Both the position numbers and the translations under genes were made by a program. Below are positions 19,432 to 28,848 of a stretch of 64,000 nt of DNA, one piece after another. Numbering within the stretch: position 1 is the first letter of the stretch; the number at the start of each line of letters is the position of its first letter. Origin of the DNA: Alphaproteobacteria bacterium (lineage in GTDB: Bacteria; Pseudomonadota; Alphaproteobacteria; Micavibrionales; Micavibrionaceae); contig JAUHXT010000002.1 in NCBI GenBank assembly GCA_030426925.1, forward strand, positions 14,405-78,404. Direction: 5' to 3'. The notes below the pieces were generated by a model. The model worked only from the letters and a program-made list of their open reading frames with translations, searched no databases and was not told where the DNA came from.

Positions 19432-21150
19432 ATGTCCGATTACCAAGCCCCCTTAGAAGACATGATGTTCGTGCTGACCCGCGTGGTTGGCTTGTCCGGC
19501 CTGCCTGAACACCCAGATTTAGGGGTGATTGACGCAGACATGCTGGAAAGCGTGCTGGAACCGGCATCAAAGCTTGCGGGCGAGGTTATTGCCCCGTTAA
19601 ACCGTACGGGCGACCTGAACGGGGCGGCATTGAAGGACGGCGTGGTTACCACCGCAACCGGCTTTAAGGAAGCCTACGCCGAATACCGCGACGGCGGCTG
19701 GAACGCAGTCCCGTTTTCACAGGATTTTGGCGGGCAGGGATTGCCGTGGGTGGTCGCCTTTGCCGTGCAGGAGATGTGGCAGTCCGCCAATATGTCGTTC
19801 GGCCTGTGCCCGCTGTTGAACCAGGGCGCGGTTGACGCCATTGAACATCACGGCTCGCAGGAACAAAAGGATTACTACCTGGAAAAACTCGTCTCCGGCG
19901 AATGGACGGGCACGATGAATTTGACGGAGCCGCAGGCAGGCTCCGACCTTGCCGCCGTCAGGTCGAAAGCAGAACCGCAGGATGACGGGACGTATAAGAT
20001 ATCAGGTCAGAAGATTTTCATTACCTATGGCGAGCATGACATGGCGGAGAACATCATCCACCTCGTGCTGGCCCGCACGCCTGATGCGCCGGAAGGGGTG
20101 AAAGGCATATCGCTGTTTATCGTGCCGAAATTTTTAGAAGACGGCACCCGCAATGACGTGATGTGCACGGGCATTGAACACAAGCTGGGGATCCACGCAT
20201 CCCCCACCTGTACCATGCAGTTCGGCGATAAGGGCGGGGCGATAGGGTATCTGGTGGGTGAAGAAAACCAGGGCCTGAAATACATGTTCACGATGATGAA
20301 CAATGCCCGCCTGTCTGTCGGTCTGCAGGGCGTATCGATTGCCGAAGCCGCGTACCAGAAGGCGCTGGCATACGCGAAGGACAGGGTGCAGGGAACGTCG
20401 CTCACAGATAAAACCGCGAAGGTCGCCATTGTCGAACATCCGGACGTGAAGCGCATGCTGCTGACCATGAAGGCAAAGGTCGAAGCCGCGCGCGCATTAA
20501 CATACGAGGCCGGCCTTGCCATTGACCTTGCCCGCACCGGTGATAAGGCCGCGCAAGGCAAAGTCGATTTGCTGACCCCGATTGTGAAATCATGGGCCAC
20601 CGATATCGCTGTGGAAGTGGCGTCACTGGGCGTTCAGGTGCATGGCGGCATGGGATTTGTTGAGGAAACGGGCGCAGCGCAATTCTACCGCGATGCACGC
20701 ATCCTGCCGATTTACGAGGGCACAAACGGGATTCAGGCTGCCGACCTCGCCTTCCGTAAAGTCGTGATGAACGGCGGCGAAGTGGCGGGCGCCTATCTGG
20801 AGGACATCGCCAATAACACCGCGCATGACGCGCTGAAAGAAGCCGCAAAAAAACAGATTCACCTTACCAATAATCTGGTTGGCGCGGCGGCGGACAATCT
20901 GGATTACATCGCCGCGGCGTCTACGCCATATCTGTCGTCCTTTGGCATTATCGCCGGAGCATGGATGATGGAACGCAGTCAAGTGAAAGCAAAAGAGCTG
21001 TTAGCGGGCGGAGAGGGGAACGCAGCGTTCCTTGAGCGTAAAATAGCAACAGCGGAATTCTACCTCTCCAACATCCTGCCATTGGCGGCCGGTCACATAG
21101 ACACGGCATCAAGCGGCAGCGGCGCTGTCCTGTCTTATCGGTTTGAATAA
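19432..21150 (+). CDS. Acyl-CoA dehydrogenase (long form with C-terminal extension)
   Basis: EPQAGSDL, ISLFIVPK, QVHGGMGF and IYEGTNGIQ are ACAD signatures. Length of 572 aa. Confidence 0.9.
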   Translation: MSDYQAPLEDMMFVLTRVVGLSGLPEHPDLGVIDADMLESVLEPASKLAGEVIAPLNRTGDLNGAALKDGVVTTATGFKEAYAEYRDGGWNAVPFSQDFGGQGLPWVVAFAVQEMWQSANMSFGLCPLLNQGAVDAIEHHGSQEQKDYYLEKLVSGEWTGTMNLTEPQAGSDLAAVRSKAEPQDDGTYKISGQKIFITYGEHDMAENIIHLVLARTPDAPEGVKGISLFIVPKFLEDGTRNDVMCTGIEHKLGIHASPTCTMQFGDKGGAIGYLVGEENQGLKYMFTMMNNARLSVGLQGVSIAEAAYQKALAYAKDRVQGTSLTDKTAKVAIVEHPDVKRMLLTMKAKVEAARALTYEAGLAIDLARTGDKAAQGKVDLLTPIVKSWATDIAVEVASLGVQVHGGMGFVEETGAAQFYRDARILPIYEGTNGIQAADLAFRKVVMNGGEVAGAYLEDIANNTAHDALKEAAKKQIHLTNNLVGAAADNLDYIAAASTPYLSSFGIIAGAWMMERSQVKAKELLAGGEGNAAFLERKIATAEFYLSNILPLAAGHIDTASSGSGAVLSYRFE

Positions 21151-21704
21151 AGCGAACGGTCGCGCGTAAACGATTTCGGCGGATATTTCGCAAGACATGC
21201 CGAGATAGCACGCGCACGCACCCCTTCGATCGCGCGTGAACGTAAGGAAGGAGTTTTGGCAAACAGCTTCACGGTGTCGTTGGCGACACAGCTGCAATAT
21301 TCCTCGTTATTGGTATCCGTACGCCGGCTGATCTGTGCCATTTGCTGACAATCATTATAGACTTGCCCCGCAAGCTTTTCTTCGGCGATACACTCCGGTT
21401 TTTCCTTGTATACCTTTTTCAAAAGCTCGTACTGGCTGACATACGGGCCCTGTTCTTCGCGTTCGGTCAGGAAAGCACCGCCGATACATTCACAGTCGAA
21501 ATAGGTTTGCTTGATCATGTCCTTGGCGCAGCGGTTATAGACACCGATGGCTTCTTCTTCCATTTCCTCGGGCGACATTTCGCCGTCATCGAGCATGAAA
21601 TCGACGCTGTCGCGGAAATCCTTCTTGCGTTGCGCATCGGCCGGAAGGGCAAAGCACAGGCAAAAAAGCAATAAAAAACAGTGTAATAAAGAATTCTTCA
21701 GCAT
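21135..21704 (-). CDS. Secreted cysteine-rich hypothetical protein
   Basis: Signal peptide MLKNSLLHCFLLLFCLCFALPADA and several spaced Cys. No family recognised and no obvious SD. Confidence 0.65.
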   Translation of the reverse strand: MLKNSLLHCFLLLFCLCFALPADAQRKKDFRDSVDFMLDDGEMSPEEMEEEAIGVYNRCAKDMIKQTYFDCECIGGAFLTEREEQGPYVSQYELLKKVYKEKPECIAEEKLAGQVYNDCQQMAQISRRTDTNNEEYCSCVANDTVKLFAKTPSLRSRAIEGVRARAISACLAKYPPKSFTRDRSLYSNR

Positions 21705-21762
21705 TACTTATAGTGTAACACTGTTTGCGTATTGCAACAAAATAGGAAATGGAGGGAAGGCG

Positions 21763-22332
21763 CTAGCCGTTAGCGCCTTTAATCTTTTTCCAAAGACCGC
21801 CGAAATTGCCTTTATCGTCCTTTGCGGCTTCACCTTTCGCCGGCAGGTTCTGATTTTGGCCTTTCAGGTTCTTCATTTTGCTTTCGAGCATTTCCGCGCG
21901 GCGCTGTTTGGCCTTTTCTTCGCGCTCTTTCAGCTGGGCTTTGTATTCTTCGGCCTGCTTCTGGCTGTATTCGCTGGTCAGCAGGACCTGCTGCGCCTGT
22001 TTTTGCCACTGGTCGCGTTGCGCCTTCAGGTCTTCAATCTGCTCCTTGGCAACATCCAGCTGGTCTTCCAGCATGCGCACACGCATTTTCATGCGTTCCA
22101 TTTCCAGCATATCCGTCGCTTTCTTCATTTCCGCTTCCACGCTGTTTTGTTGCGAGGCCGTTTCTGCGGTATTCTGCAGGCCGAAAACACGGTCCAGTTC
22201 GGAAACGTCGATAATACGGCGACTGTTCGCATCGATCTCGTATGAGAGCTTGCCGCTGTTCATAGCACGCTGGATTGTGGATTTAGACTTGCCAGTCAGT
22301 TCAGCAGCACGCTGTGCTCCTACTTTCGCCAT
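21763..22332 (-). CDS. HTH DNA-binding protein with long coiled-coil tail (KfrA-like architecture)
   Basis: N-terminal HTH AAELTGKSKSTIQRAMNSGKL, then about 120 aa of heptad-like E/K/Q-rich sequence. GGAAGGAG SD. Confidence 0.75.
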   Translation of the reverse strand: MAKVGAQRAAELTGKSKSTIQRAMNSGKLSYEIDANSRRIIDVSELDRVFGLQNTAETASQQNSVEAEMKKATDMLEMERMKMRVRMLEDQLDVAKEQIEDLKAQRDQWQKQAQQVLLTSEYSQKQAEEYKAQLKEREEKAKQRRAEMLESKMKNLKGQNQNLPAKGEAAKDDKGNFGGLWKKIKGANG

Positions 22333-22358
22333 AGTGCGACTCCTTCCAATTATTTTCC

Positions 22359-23147
22359 CTATTCTTTCTCAATACGCTTATTCAGCAAGCTCGTCAAACG
22401 TTGCCATTGGGCTCCTGAAAATAAATGTGCATAAATGAAAGGCAACCAGCCCTTTTTACGCCATTCCAGGAAGACTTTCTCGTCCAGTTCGGCCAGCTTT
22501 TTCTCATCAATGATCTGGAAGCCTGAGAAGTTGATCCGCTTGTCTTTTCCAACGGCAATCTCTGCCTGACGGTCCACAAGGATACCGCTTTCAGACAGGG
22601 CTTTGCTAAATTCAACCGTGTGCTGGGCCGCTGCATGATAGGATTTGCAGAATTCCAGCGCGTTTTTGGCAAGGGCCGTACCTTCGCCGTCTTTTTCAAA
22701 GAATTTCTGTTCCCCGCCTTCTTCCACGATGTCATCGTCCATGTCGATGCACAGTGATAGCTGGTCGCCGCCCGGCACTTCGGAGAAGATGAACGGATAA
22801 CGGCGGATATAGGCCGGAATGTAAGTATCGGCCAGCCAGTCGCCCTTGTCCGTTAAAAACAGGTTCTCGTTATCGCGCAGACCCATAATCGCAACAGGCG
22901 TCGCGTTGCCGTCCGGTGAAAAGGCGATGGGGTAGTAATGGCAGACTTGCGGCATTTCAATCAGGTTGACCGGGACCGCGTTCACGCCCTTCGTGAAATC
23001 CAGCCCGAAATTCTTTTTCAGAGCCAGGTTGGCATGGGCCTTTTTGTCCAGCGGTGTCGGCTTGCTGTAAAACAGCGGCAGCCCTTGTGCAGGTGCTTCA
23101 GCTGCCTTTTTGTCCTGAGTTTTTGCTGCTTCAGTCTTCTTTGCCAT
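22359..23147 (-). CDS. SapC family protein
   Basis: The region NLIEMPQVCHYYPIAF...IPAYIRRYPFIF matches the SapC (PF07277) core as I remember it. Confidence 0.85.
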   Translation of the reverse strand: MAKKTEAAKTQDKKAAEAPAQGLPLFYSKPTPLDKKAHANLALKKNFGLDFTKGVNAVPVNLIEMPQVCHYYPIAFSPDGNATPVAIMGLRDNENLFLTDKGDWLADTYIPAYIRRYPFIFSEVPGGDQLSLCIDMDDDIVEEGGEQKFFEKDGEGTALAKNALEFCKSYHAAAQHTVEFSKALSESGILVDRQAEIAVGKDKRINFSGFQIIDEKKLAELDEKVFLEWRKKGWLPFIYAHLFSGAQWQRLTSLLNKRIEKE

Positions 23148-23347
23148 AATGGGCTATCCTTGTAAAAATTACGTGAAAATTAAAAACCAGCTTTTTTTAA
23201 AGCAAAAACGGGGGAGTCATGCAATCCTTTTGCATATGTTTATTGTGCCGGAACGCCCGAAAAAGTCAGAAAATGAGTGTTTTAAAGCTTTTTTTATAAG
23301 GATGAATAGGCTAGCTTTCCGGTAAATCTATCTACCGAGGAAAGAGT

Positions 23348-24694
23348 ATGCGTATTGGAGTAGTTGGCACTGGTTATGTCGGCCTGGTTTCCGGGACATG
23401 TTTTGCAGAATTCGGTATCGACGTTGTCTGCATCGACAAGGATGCAGAAAAAATCAAAACCCTGAAAGACGGGGGCATCCCGATTTATGAACCCGGCCTT
23501 GAAGACCTGGTGCATAAACAGGTGAAATCCGGACGCTTGTCTTTCACGACCGACATCAACGAAGCAGTCAAGGGTTCGGAAGCGGTGTTCATCGCCGTTG
23601 GCACGCCGCCGCGCAAATCCGATGGCCATGCCGACCTGACATACGTATACGAAGCCGCGCGTGAAGTTGCCCGCGCAATGGAAGGCTACACAGTCGTTGT
23701 CACGAAATCGACCGTGCCAGTGGGAACCGCGCGCGAAGTTGAACGCATTATCCGTGAAGAACGTCCGGATGCGGACTTTGATGTTTGCTCGAACCCTGAA
23801 TTCCTGCGCGAAGGCGCAGCCGTTAATGATTTCATGCGCCCCGACCGCGTTGTTATCGGGACGGACTCCGACCGTGCCGCCAAGGTAATGAAGGCACTGT
23901 ACCGCCCGTTATACATCAACGAAACACCGATGGTGATAACGCAGCCTGAAACATCTGAGATTATCAAATACGCAGCCAACGCGTTCCTGGCGACCAAGAT
24001 TACTTTTATCAATGAAATTGCCAATCTGTGTGAAGTCGCCGGCGGTAATGTTCAGGACGTGGCCAAGGCCATGGGGCTGGATGGTCGTATCGGGTCAAAA
24101 TTCCTGCATGCCGGCCCCGGTTATGGCGGGTCATGTTTCCCGAAAGATACGCTGGCCTTAACGCAGACAGGCCGTAAATTTAACACTCCGCAAACGATTG
24201 TCGAAAGCGTTGTGGAATCCAACGCCGACCGCCAGCAGCAAATGGCCCAGCGTATTATCAAGGCCTGTGGCGGTGATGTGAAGGGCAAGCGTATTGGCGT
24301 CCTGGGTATTGCGTTCAAACCGAACACGGATGATGTGCGCGATGCGCCGTCACTGGTGATTATCCCAATCCTTCAAAAACTGGGTGCGGAAATCGCTGCC
24401 CACGATCCGGCGGCGCGTGAGCAGGCGGAAAAGCATTTAAGCAATATCGACTGGAAAGATGACCCATACGATGTCGCCAAGGACGCGGATGCGCTTGTGA
24501 TCCTCACCGAATGGAATGAATTCCGTGCCCTGAACCTCGACAAGCTGGAAACTTTGTTAAAGGAAAAACGCATTGTTGATCTTCGGAATATCTATAAGCC
24601 CAAAGATTTACAAAAGCGTGGATTCCATTATGTTTCTGTAGGGCGTCCCGAGATTCGCCCGGATGAAACCATGGAAATGAAGAAAGCCTCGTAA
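23348..24694 (+). CDS. ugd: UDP-glucose 6-dehydrogenase
   Basis: MRIGVVGTGYVGLVSG Rossmann start, catalytic GGSCFPKD, and IAFKPNTDDVRDAP. Confidence 0.93.
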   Translation: MRIGVVGTGYVGLVSGTCFAEFGIDVVCIDKDAEKIKTLKDGGIPIYEPGLEDLVHKQVKSGRLSFTTDINEAVKGSEAVFIAVGTPPRKSDGHADLTYVYEAAREVARAMEGYTVVVTKSTVPVGTAREVERIIREERPDADFDVCSNPEFLREGAAVNDFMRPDRVVIGTDSDRAAKVMKALYRPLYINETPMVITQPETSEIIKYAANAFLATKITFINEIANLCEVAGGNVQDVAKAMGLDGRIGSKFLHAGPGYGGSCFPKDTLALTQTGRKFNTPQTIVESVVESNADRQQQMAQRIIKACGGDVKGKRIGVLGIAFKPNTDDVRDAPSLVIIPILQKLGAEIAAHDPAAREQAEKHLSNIDWKDDPYDVAKDADALVILTEWNEFRALNLDKLETLLKEKRIVDLRNIYKPKDLQKRGFHYVSVGRPEIRPDETMEMKKAS

Positions 24695-24701
24695 AGGAAA
24701 C

Positions 24702-25499
24702 ATGCATAATTACCTCGACGATCTGGAAGCCCAGTCGATATATATCATTCGTGAAGCTTACAACCGCATCCATCCTCTGGGCATGCTGTGGTCGATCGGG
24801 AAGGACTCCACCGCCATGCTGTGGCTGGTGCGTAAAGCGTTCTTTGGTAAAGTGCCGTTCCCGCTTATCCTGCTCGATACCGGCATGGAAATGGACGAGG
24901 TTTATGCCTTCCGTGACAAGCTGACCGAGGACTGGGATCTACCCGTCATCAATCACATGTGCCCGCCGGAAGAGGAAATGGACCAGACCCTGCCGCCCGC
25001 CACCCGCGCGGCGATGCGTAAGACCGAAGGGTTAAAAACACTTTTGAAGGAACATCAGTATAAAGGCATCATCTGTGGCATCCGCCGCGATGAGCAGGGA
25101 TTACGCGCGAAGGAACGTGTATTCTCCCCCCGCGCCAATGACGGGTCATGGGATTTCAAGGACCAGCCGGCCGAATTCTGGGATCAGTATAAGACCGAAA
25201 CCCCGGAAGGCGCGCACATGCGCGTTCACCCCATCCTGCACTGGACGGAAGTCGATATCTGGCGCTACATGCAGCGGGAAAACATTCCGATCTGCGATTT
25301 ATATTTCGCGCGTGACGGCAAACGCTACCGCAGCCTTGGCGAAAAGAACATAACCTTCCCGGTCGACAGCACGGCATCGAATATCGAAGAAATTATTGCC
25401 GAACTGGAAACCACCAAAACGTCCGAACGTGCAGGCCGCACGATGGACAAGGAAACTGAAGACAGTTTCGAAAAACTCCGCACGCAGGGGTATATGTAA
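24702..25499 (+). CDS. cysD: Sulfate adenylyltransferase subunit 2
   Basis: [11 protein letters not shown], the PP-loop-like SIGKDS, and the RYRSLG region. Confidence 0.93.
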   Translation: MHNYLDDLEAQSIYIIREAYNRIHPLGMLWSIGKDSTAMLWLVRKAFFGKVPFPLILLDTGMEMDEVYAFRDKLTEDWDLPVINHMCPPEEEMDQTLPPATRAAMRKTEGLKTLLKEHQYKGIICGIRRDEQGLRAKERVFSPRANDGSWDFKDQPAEFWDQYKTETPEGAHMRVHPILHWTEVDIWRYMQRENIPICDLYFARDGKRYRSLGEKNITFPVDSTASNIEEIIAELETTKTSERAGRTMDKETEDSFEKLRTQGYM

Positions 25500-25500
25500 G

Positions 25501-27432
25501 ATGGCAAAGAAGAATAACAAAAACCATCAACAGCTGCGCGTCGTGATTGTCGGTCACGTTGATCACGGGAAATCCACGCTGATTGGCCGCTTGCTGTATG
25601 ACACCGACTCTTTGCCCGATGGAAAGCTGGAAGAGCTGGAAAAGGCCAGCAAACGCAGGGGTGAGGAAATCGAATGGTCGTTTGTCCTCGATGCGTTCCA
25701 GGCCGAACGCGACCAGGCGGTGACGATCGACACCACGCAAATCTGGTTCAACACGGATGCACGCGAATACGTGATTATCGACGCGCCCGGCCACCGCGAA
25801 TTTTTGAAAAACATGATTTCGGGAGCCGCCGCCGCCGATGCTGCTGTCCTCGTCGTCGATGCTGCCGAAGGGGTGAAAGAACAGACCAAGCGCCATGCAT
25901 ATATGCTGCACCTTCTGGGCCTGACGCAGGTGGCTGTCGTCGTCAATAAAATGGACCTGATCGGCTATGACGAACAAAAATTCGAGGCTGTGTCCAAAGA
26001 CATTAAAAAATATCTCGGCTCTATCGGCCTGACACCTGCCTTTATCGTCCCGATTTCCGCGCGCAACGGCGACATGATCGCAAACCGCAACGACGAATTG
26101 GCGTGGTACAAGGGCAAAAACCTGATCGAGGTTCTGGACAGCTTTGAAATCAGCTCACCCTACACCGTTCATCCGCTGCGCTTTCCGGTGCAGGACGTCT
26201 ACCGCTTTGACAACAAGAAACGCATTATCGTTGGCCGCATCGAAACCGGTGTTTTGAATACGGGTGATGAGTTGGTCTTTTCCCCGACGAATGAAAAGGC
26301 AATCGTCACCGGCATTGAAACATGGCCCAAGGATGAACAGCGGGTCAGCGCCAAGGCAGGTGAGGTCATCGGCATTACACTCGATCAGCCGATTTTCGTG
26401 GAGCGCGGACATATCGCCGCGCACAAAGATACACTGCCGATGCTGTCCAACGTTTTCCGCGCGAATATATTCTGGCTCTCCCACAAACCGCTGAAGGTTG
26501 GCAATACTTACACCGTGCGTTACGGCACATCCGAAGCGCGTGTGACGGTTCAGTCGATTGATAACGTCATTGATACGCAGGATCTGGGACAGGAAGGCGC
26601 CGCGCATGAAGTCCACCGCAACGAAGTCGCGGAAATCACCCTGCGCGCGAAAGACCTAATCCCCGTTGACCCGTACACCGACAATATGCGCACCGGCCGT
26701 GTGGTGATGTATGAAGGCTACGATATCGCCGGAGGCGGCGCGATCAATATGCAGGGCTATCCCGACCAGCGTACGTCCGGTAAACCAAAATCCGAAAATA
26801 TCTACGCCGTTAGCTATCTGGTCGATTCCGATATGCGCGCAAACAGGAACGGCCATTACGGCGGTATCTTCTGGTTCACCGGCCTGTCCGGCGCAGGGAA
26901 ATCGACGCTTGCCATGGCCGTGGAAAAGGAATTGTTCGATCGCGGATTAAATCCATATGTGCTGGATGGCGATAACGTGCGTTACGGTCTCAATTCCGAC
27001 CTCGGCTTCTCACCCGAAGACAGAACGGAAAACATCCGCCGGGTGGGGGAAGTTGCCGCGCTACAGGCAGACTCCGGTTTGATTGTACTGACCGCATTTA
27101 TCTCTCCGTATCAGGCTGACCGCGACCGCGCACGCAAATGCAAACCGCAGGGCTTCCATGAAATTTATATTAAGGCCGATGTCGCGACCTGTGAAAGGCG
27201 CGACCCGAAAGGCCTGTATAAAAAGGCACGGAAAGGCGAGATCAAGGAATTTACCGGGATCGACTCTCCTTATGAATCTCCGGTCAACCCTGAACTGGTG
27301 GTCGATACCGAAACCAACGATATCGAGACCTGCGTCGGTCAGGTCGTTGATTACATCATCGAACATGTGAAGGTGGAGCAATCCTCCCGCGATCCATCCG
27401 AAACCCGCGAGAAAACCTTTGCCATCCAGTGA
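25501..27432 (+). CDS. cysNC: Bifunctional sulfate adenylyltransferase subunit 1 / adenylylsulfate kinase (CysN-CysC fusion, NodQ-like)
   Basis: GTPase motifs [14 protein letters not shown] and NKMD. The C-terminal APS kinase has the P-loop GLSGAGKST and the motif LDGDNVR. Start at ATG 25501, one nt after the cysD stop. Confidence 0.93.
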   Translation: MAKKNNKNHQQLRVVIVGHVDHGKSTLIGRLLYDTDSLPDGKLEELEKASKRRGEEIEWSFVLDAFQAERDQAVTIDTTQIWFNTDAREYVIIDAPGHREFLKNMISGAAAADAAVLVVDAAEGVKEQTKRHAYMLHLLGLTQVAVVVNKMDLIGYDEQKFEAVSKDIKKYLGSIGLTPAFIVPISARNGDMIANRNDELAWYKGKNLIEVLDSFEISSPYTVHPLRFPVQDVYRFDNKKRIIVGRIETGVLNTGDELVFSPTNEKAIVTGIETWPKDEQRVSAKAGEVIGITLDQPIFVERGHIAAHKDTLPMLSNVFRANIFWLSHKPLKVGNTYTVRYGTSEARVTVQSIDNVIDTQDLGQEGAAHEVHRNEVAEITLRAKDLIPVDPYTDNMRTGRVVMYEGYDIAGGGAINMQGYPDQRTSGKPKSENIYAVSYLVDSDMRANRNGHYGGIFWFTGLSGAGKSTLAMAVEKELFDRGLNPYVLDGDNVRYGLNSDLGFSPEDRTENIRRVGEVAALQADSGLIVLTAFISPYQADRDRARKCKPQGFHEIYIKADVATCERRDPKGLYKKARKGEIKEFTGIDSPYESPVNPELVVDTETNDIETCVGQVVDYIIEHVKVEQSSRDPSETREKTFAIQ

Positions 27433-27916
27433 TATCAGAAAGCTGGACCCACAGGATGTATCGGCTTATCAGGATATCCGGCTGGAAGCCCTGAAAAATG
27501 CCCCGACCGCATTTGGTTCATCGTACGAAGAAGAACATGGCCGCGCGACCAATGAAATTATCAATCACATATCGAACGGGAATGTTTATGGCTACTTCAT
27601 TGATGGTGGCCTTATAGGGATTACCGGCGGCTACGTTTTTCCCAATCGTAAATCCAGTCATGTTGTCAATGTCTGGGGCGTCTATGTCAAACCAGACTTT
27701 CGGCGGCAGGGAATTTCAAAGCTGTTATTTTCCGCGTTGGCTGACAATTTGCCGGACGAAATTGAACAACTGCGTTTAAGCGTTGAATCAGGCAACGAAG
27801 CGGCAATGAACCTGTACAAGAAACTGGGGTTTAACGAATGTGGCCGTGAAGAAAAAGTCCTGAAAATTGACGGGCAGTATTATGATGAAATCCTGATGGT
27901 AAAGTTTTTAAAATGA
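27419..27916 (+). CDS. GNAT family N-acetyltransferase
   Basis: The acetyl-CoA motif [13 protein letters not shown] and [10 protein letters not shown]. It overlaps both neighbours (TTG start). Confidence 0.8.
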   Translation: MPSSDIRKLDPQDVSAYQDIRLEALKNAPTAFGSSYEEEHGRATNEIINHISNGNVYGYFIDGGLIGITGGYVFPNRKSSHVVNVWGVYVKPDFRRQGISKLLFSALADNLPDEIEQLRLSVESGNEAAMNLYKKLGFNECGREEKVLKIDGQYYDEILMVKFLK

Positions 27917-28719
27917 GTGAAAAACTATTGGAACATCCGCAGGCGATATGCAACCAGGTGCGCCGCATCGCACTGGAAGCCGGGGACATCACGCTTGAAT
28001 ATTTCGATGAAAGCGGCTTTGATGGCGCGGATGCGAAAGCCGACGGCTCGCCCGTCACGCTGGCCGATCAGAAGGCCGAAGAAATCATTGAAAAGGCGCT
28101 GAAGGATATGTTTCCCGATGTGAAAGTCGTTGGGGAGGAAGCGGTGGCCGAAGGATACCGCCCGTCACTGGCGGGCGAAGAGTATTTCTGGCTGGTCGAC
28201 CCTCTGGACGGCACGAAGGAATTTATTTCCGGTAGCGGTGATTACACCGTCAATATCGCGCTGATTAAAAACGGCCTGCCGATTATGGGCGTGGTGTATG
28301 CCCCGGCAAAGGGGGAGATGTTCGCCGCCGCCGGCGAAGGCACGGCCATCCGCTGGACGGATGAAAGTGAAAAAGACAAAAAAATTTATGTCCGCCAGCC
28401 GCCGAAGGAAGGTTTGACAGTTGTTGCATCCCTAAACCACAGCAACGACGAACGGCTGGAAAAATTCCTGTCTGGTTATAAAGTGCAAAAGGTTTTGAAG
28501 CGTGGAAGTTCCTTAAAAATCTGCGCTATCGCCTGCGGCAAGGCGGATTTATACCCGCGCCTTGGCCCGACCTGCGAATGGGATACGGCGGCCGGCCATG
28601 CAGTGCTGCTGGGCGCCGGCGGCACGATAACGGATATTGATGGAAAACCGCTGACCTATGGCGGCGCAGACCCGAAATTCCTGAACCCTGAATTTATTGC
28701 ATCAAGCGGACAGATTTAA
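27913..28719 (+). CDS. cysQ: 3'(2'),5'-bisphosphate nucleotidase
   Basis: Inositol-monophosphatase fold motifs WLVDPLDGTKEF and EWDTAAGHAV. Confidence 0.9.
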   Translation: MSEKLLEHPQAICNQVRRIALEAGDITLEYFDESGFDGADAKADGSPVTLADQKAEEIIEKALKDMFPDVKVVGEEAVAEGYRPSLAGEEYFWLVDPLDGTKEFISGSGDYTVNIALIKNGLPIMGVVYAPAKGEMFAAAGEGTAIRWTDESEKDKKIYVRQPPKEGLTVVASLNHSNDERLEKFLSGYKVQKVLKRGSSLKICAIACGKADLYPRLGPTCEWDTAAGHAVLLGAGGTITDIDGKPLTYGGADPKFLNPEFIASSGQI

Positions 28720-28724
28720 TAAGG

Positions 28725-28847
28725 CCCTCACCCGAAACTGTTCATAACAGTTTCGACCTCTCCCTAAAGGGAGAGGTTTGGTTTTATTGCATTGTAATAC
28801 CTCTCCCTTTAGGGAGAGGTCGGCGAACGAAGAGAGACGGGTGAGGG
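28725..28847. repeat. Composite nested palindromic element (likely bidirectional terminator)
   Basis: The outer inverted repeat ccctcacccg / cgggtgaggg encloses three hairpins: gaaactgtt-cat-aacagtttc, cctctccc-taaa-gggagagg and cctctccc-ttta-gggagagg. Confidence 0.7.
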
Positions 28848-28848
28848 A

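Noticed and set aside
21547-22245. 232-aa plus-strand ORF (and 21878-22438) opposite the HTH/coiled-coil gene
   Set aside because: The F/L/A-rich repetitive translation is the mirror image of an E/K/Q coiled coil. The minus-strand gene has a strong SD and a credible HTH.
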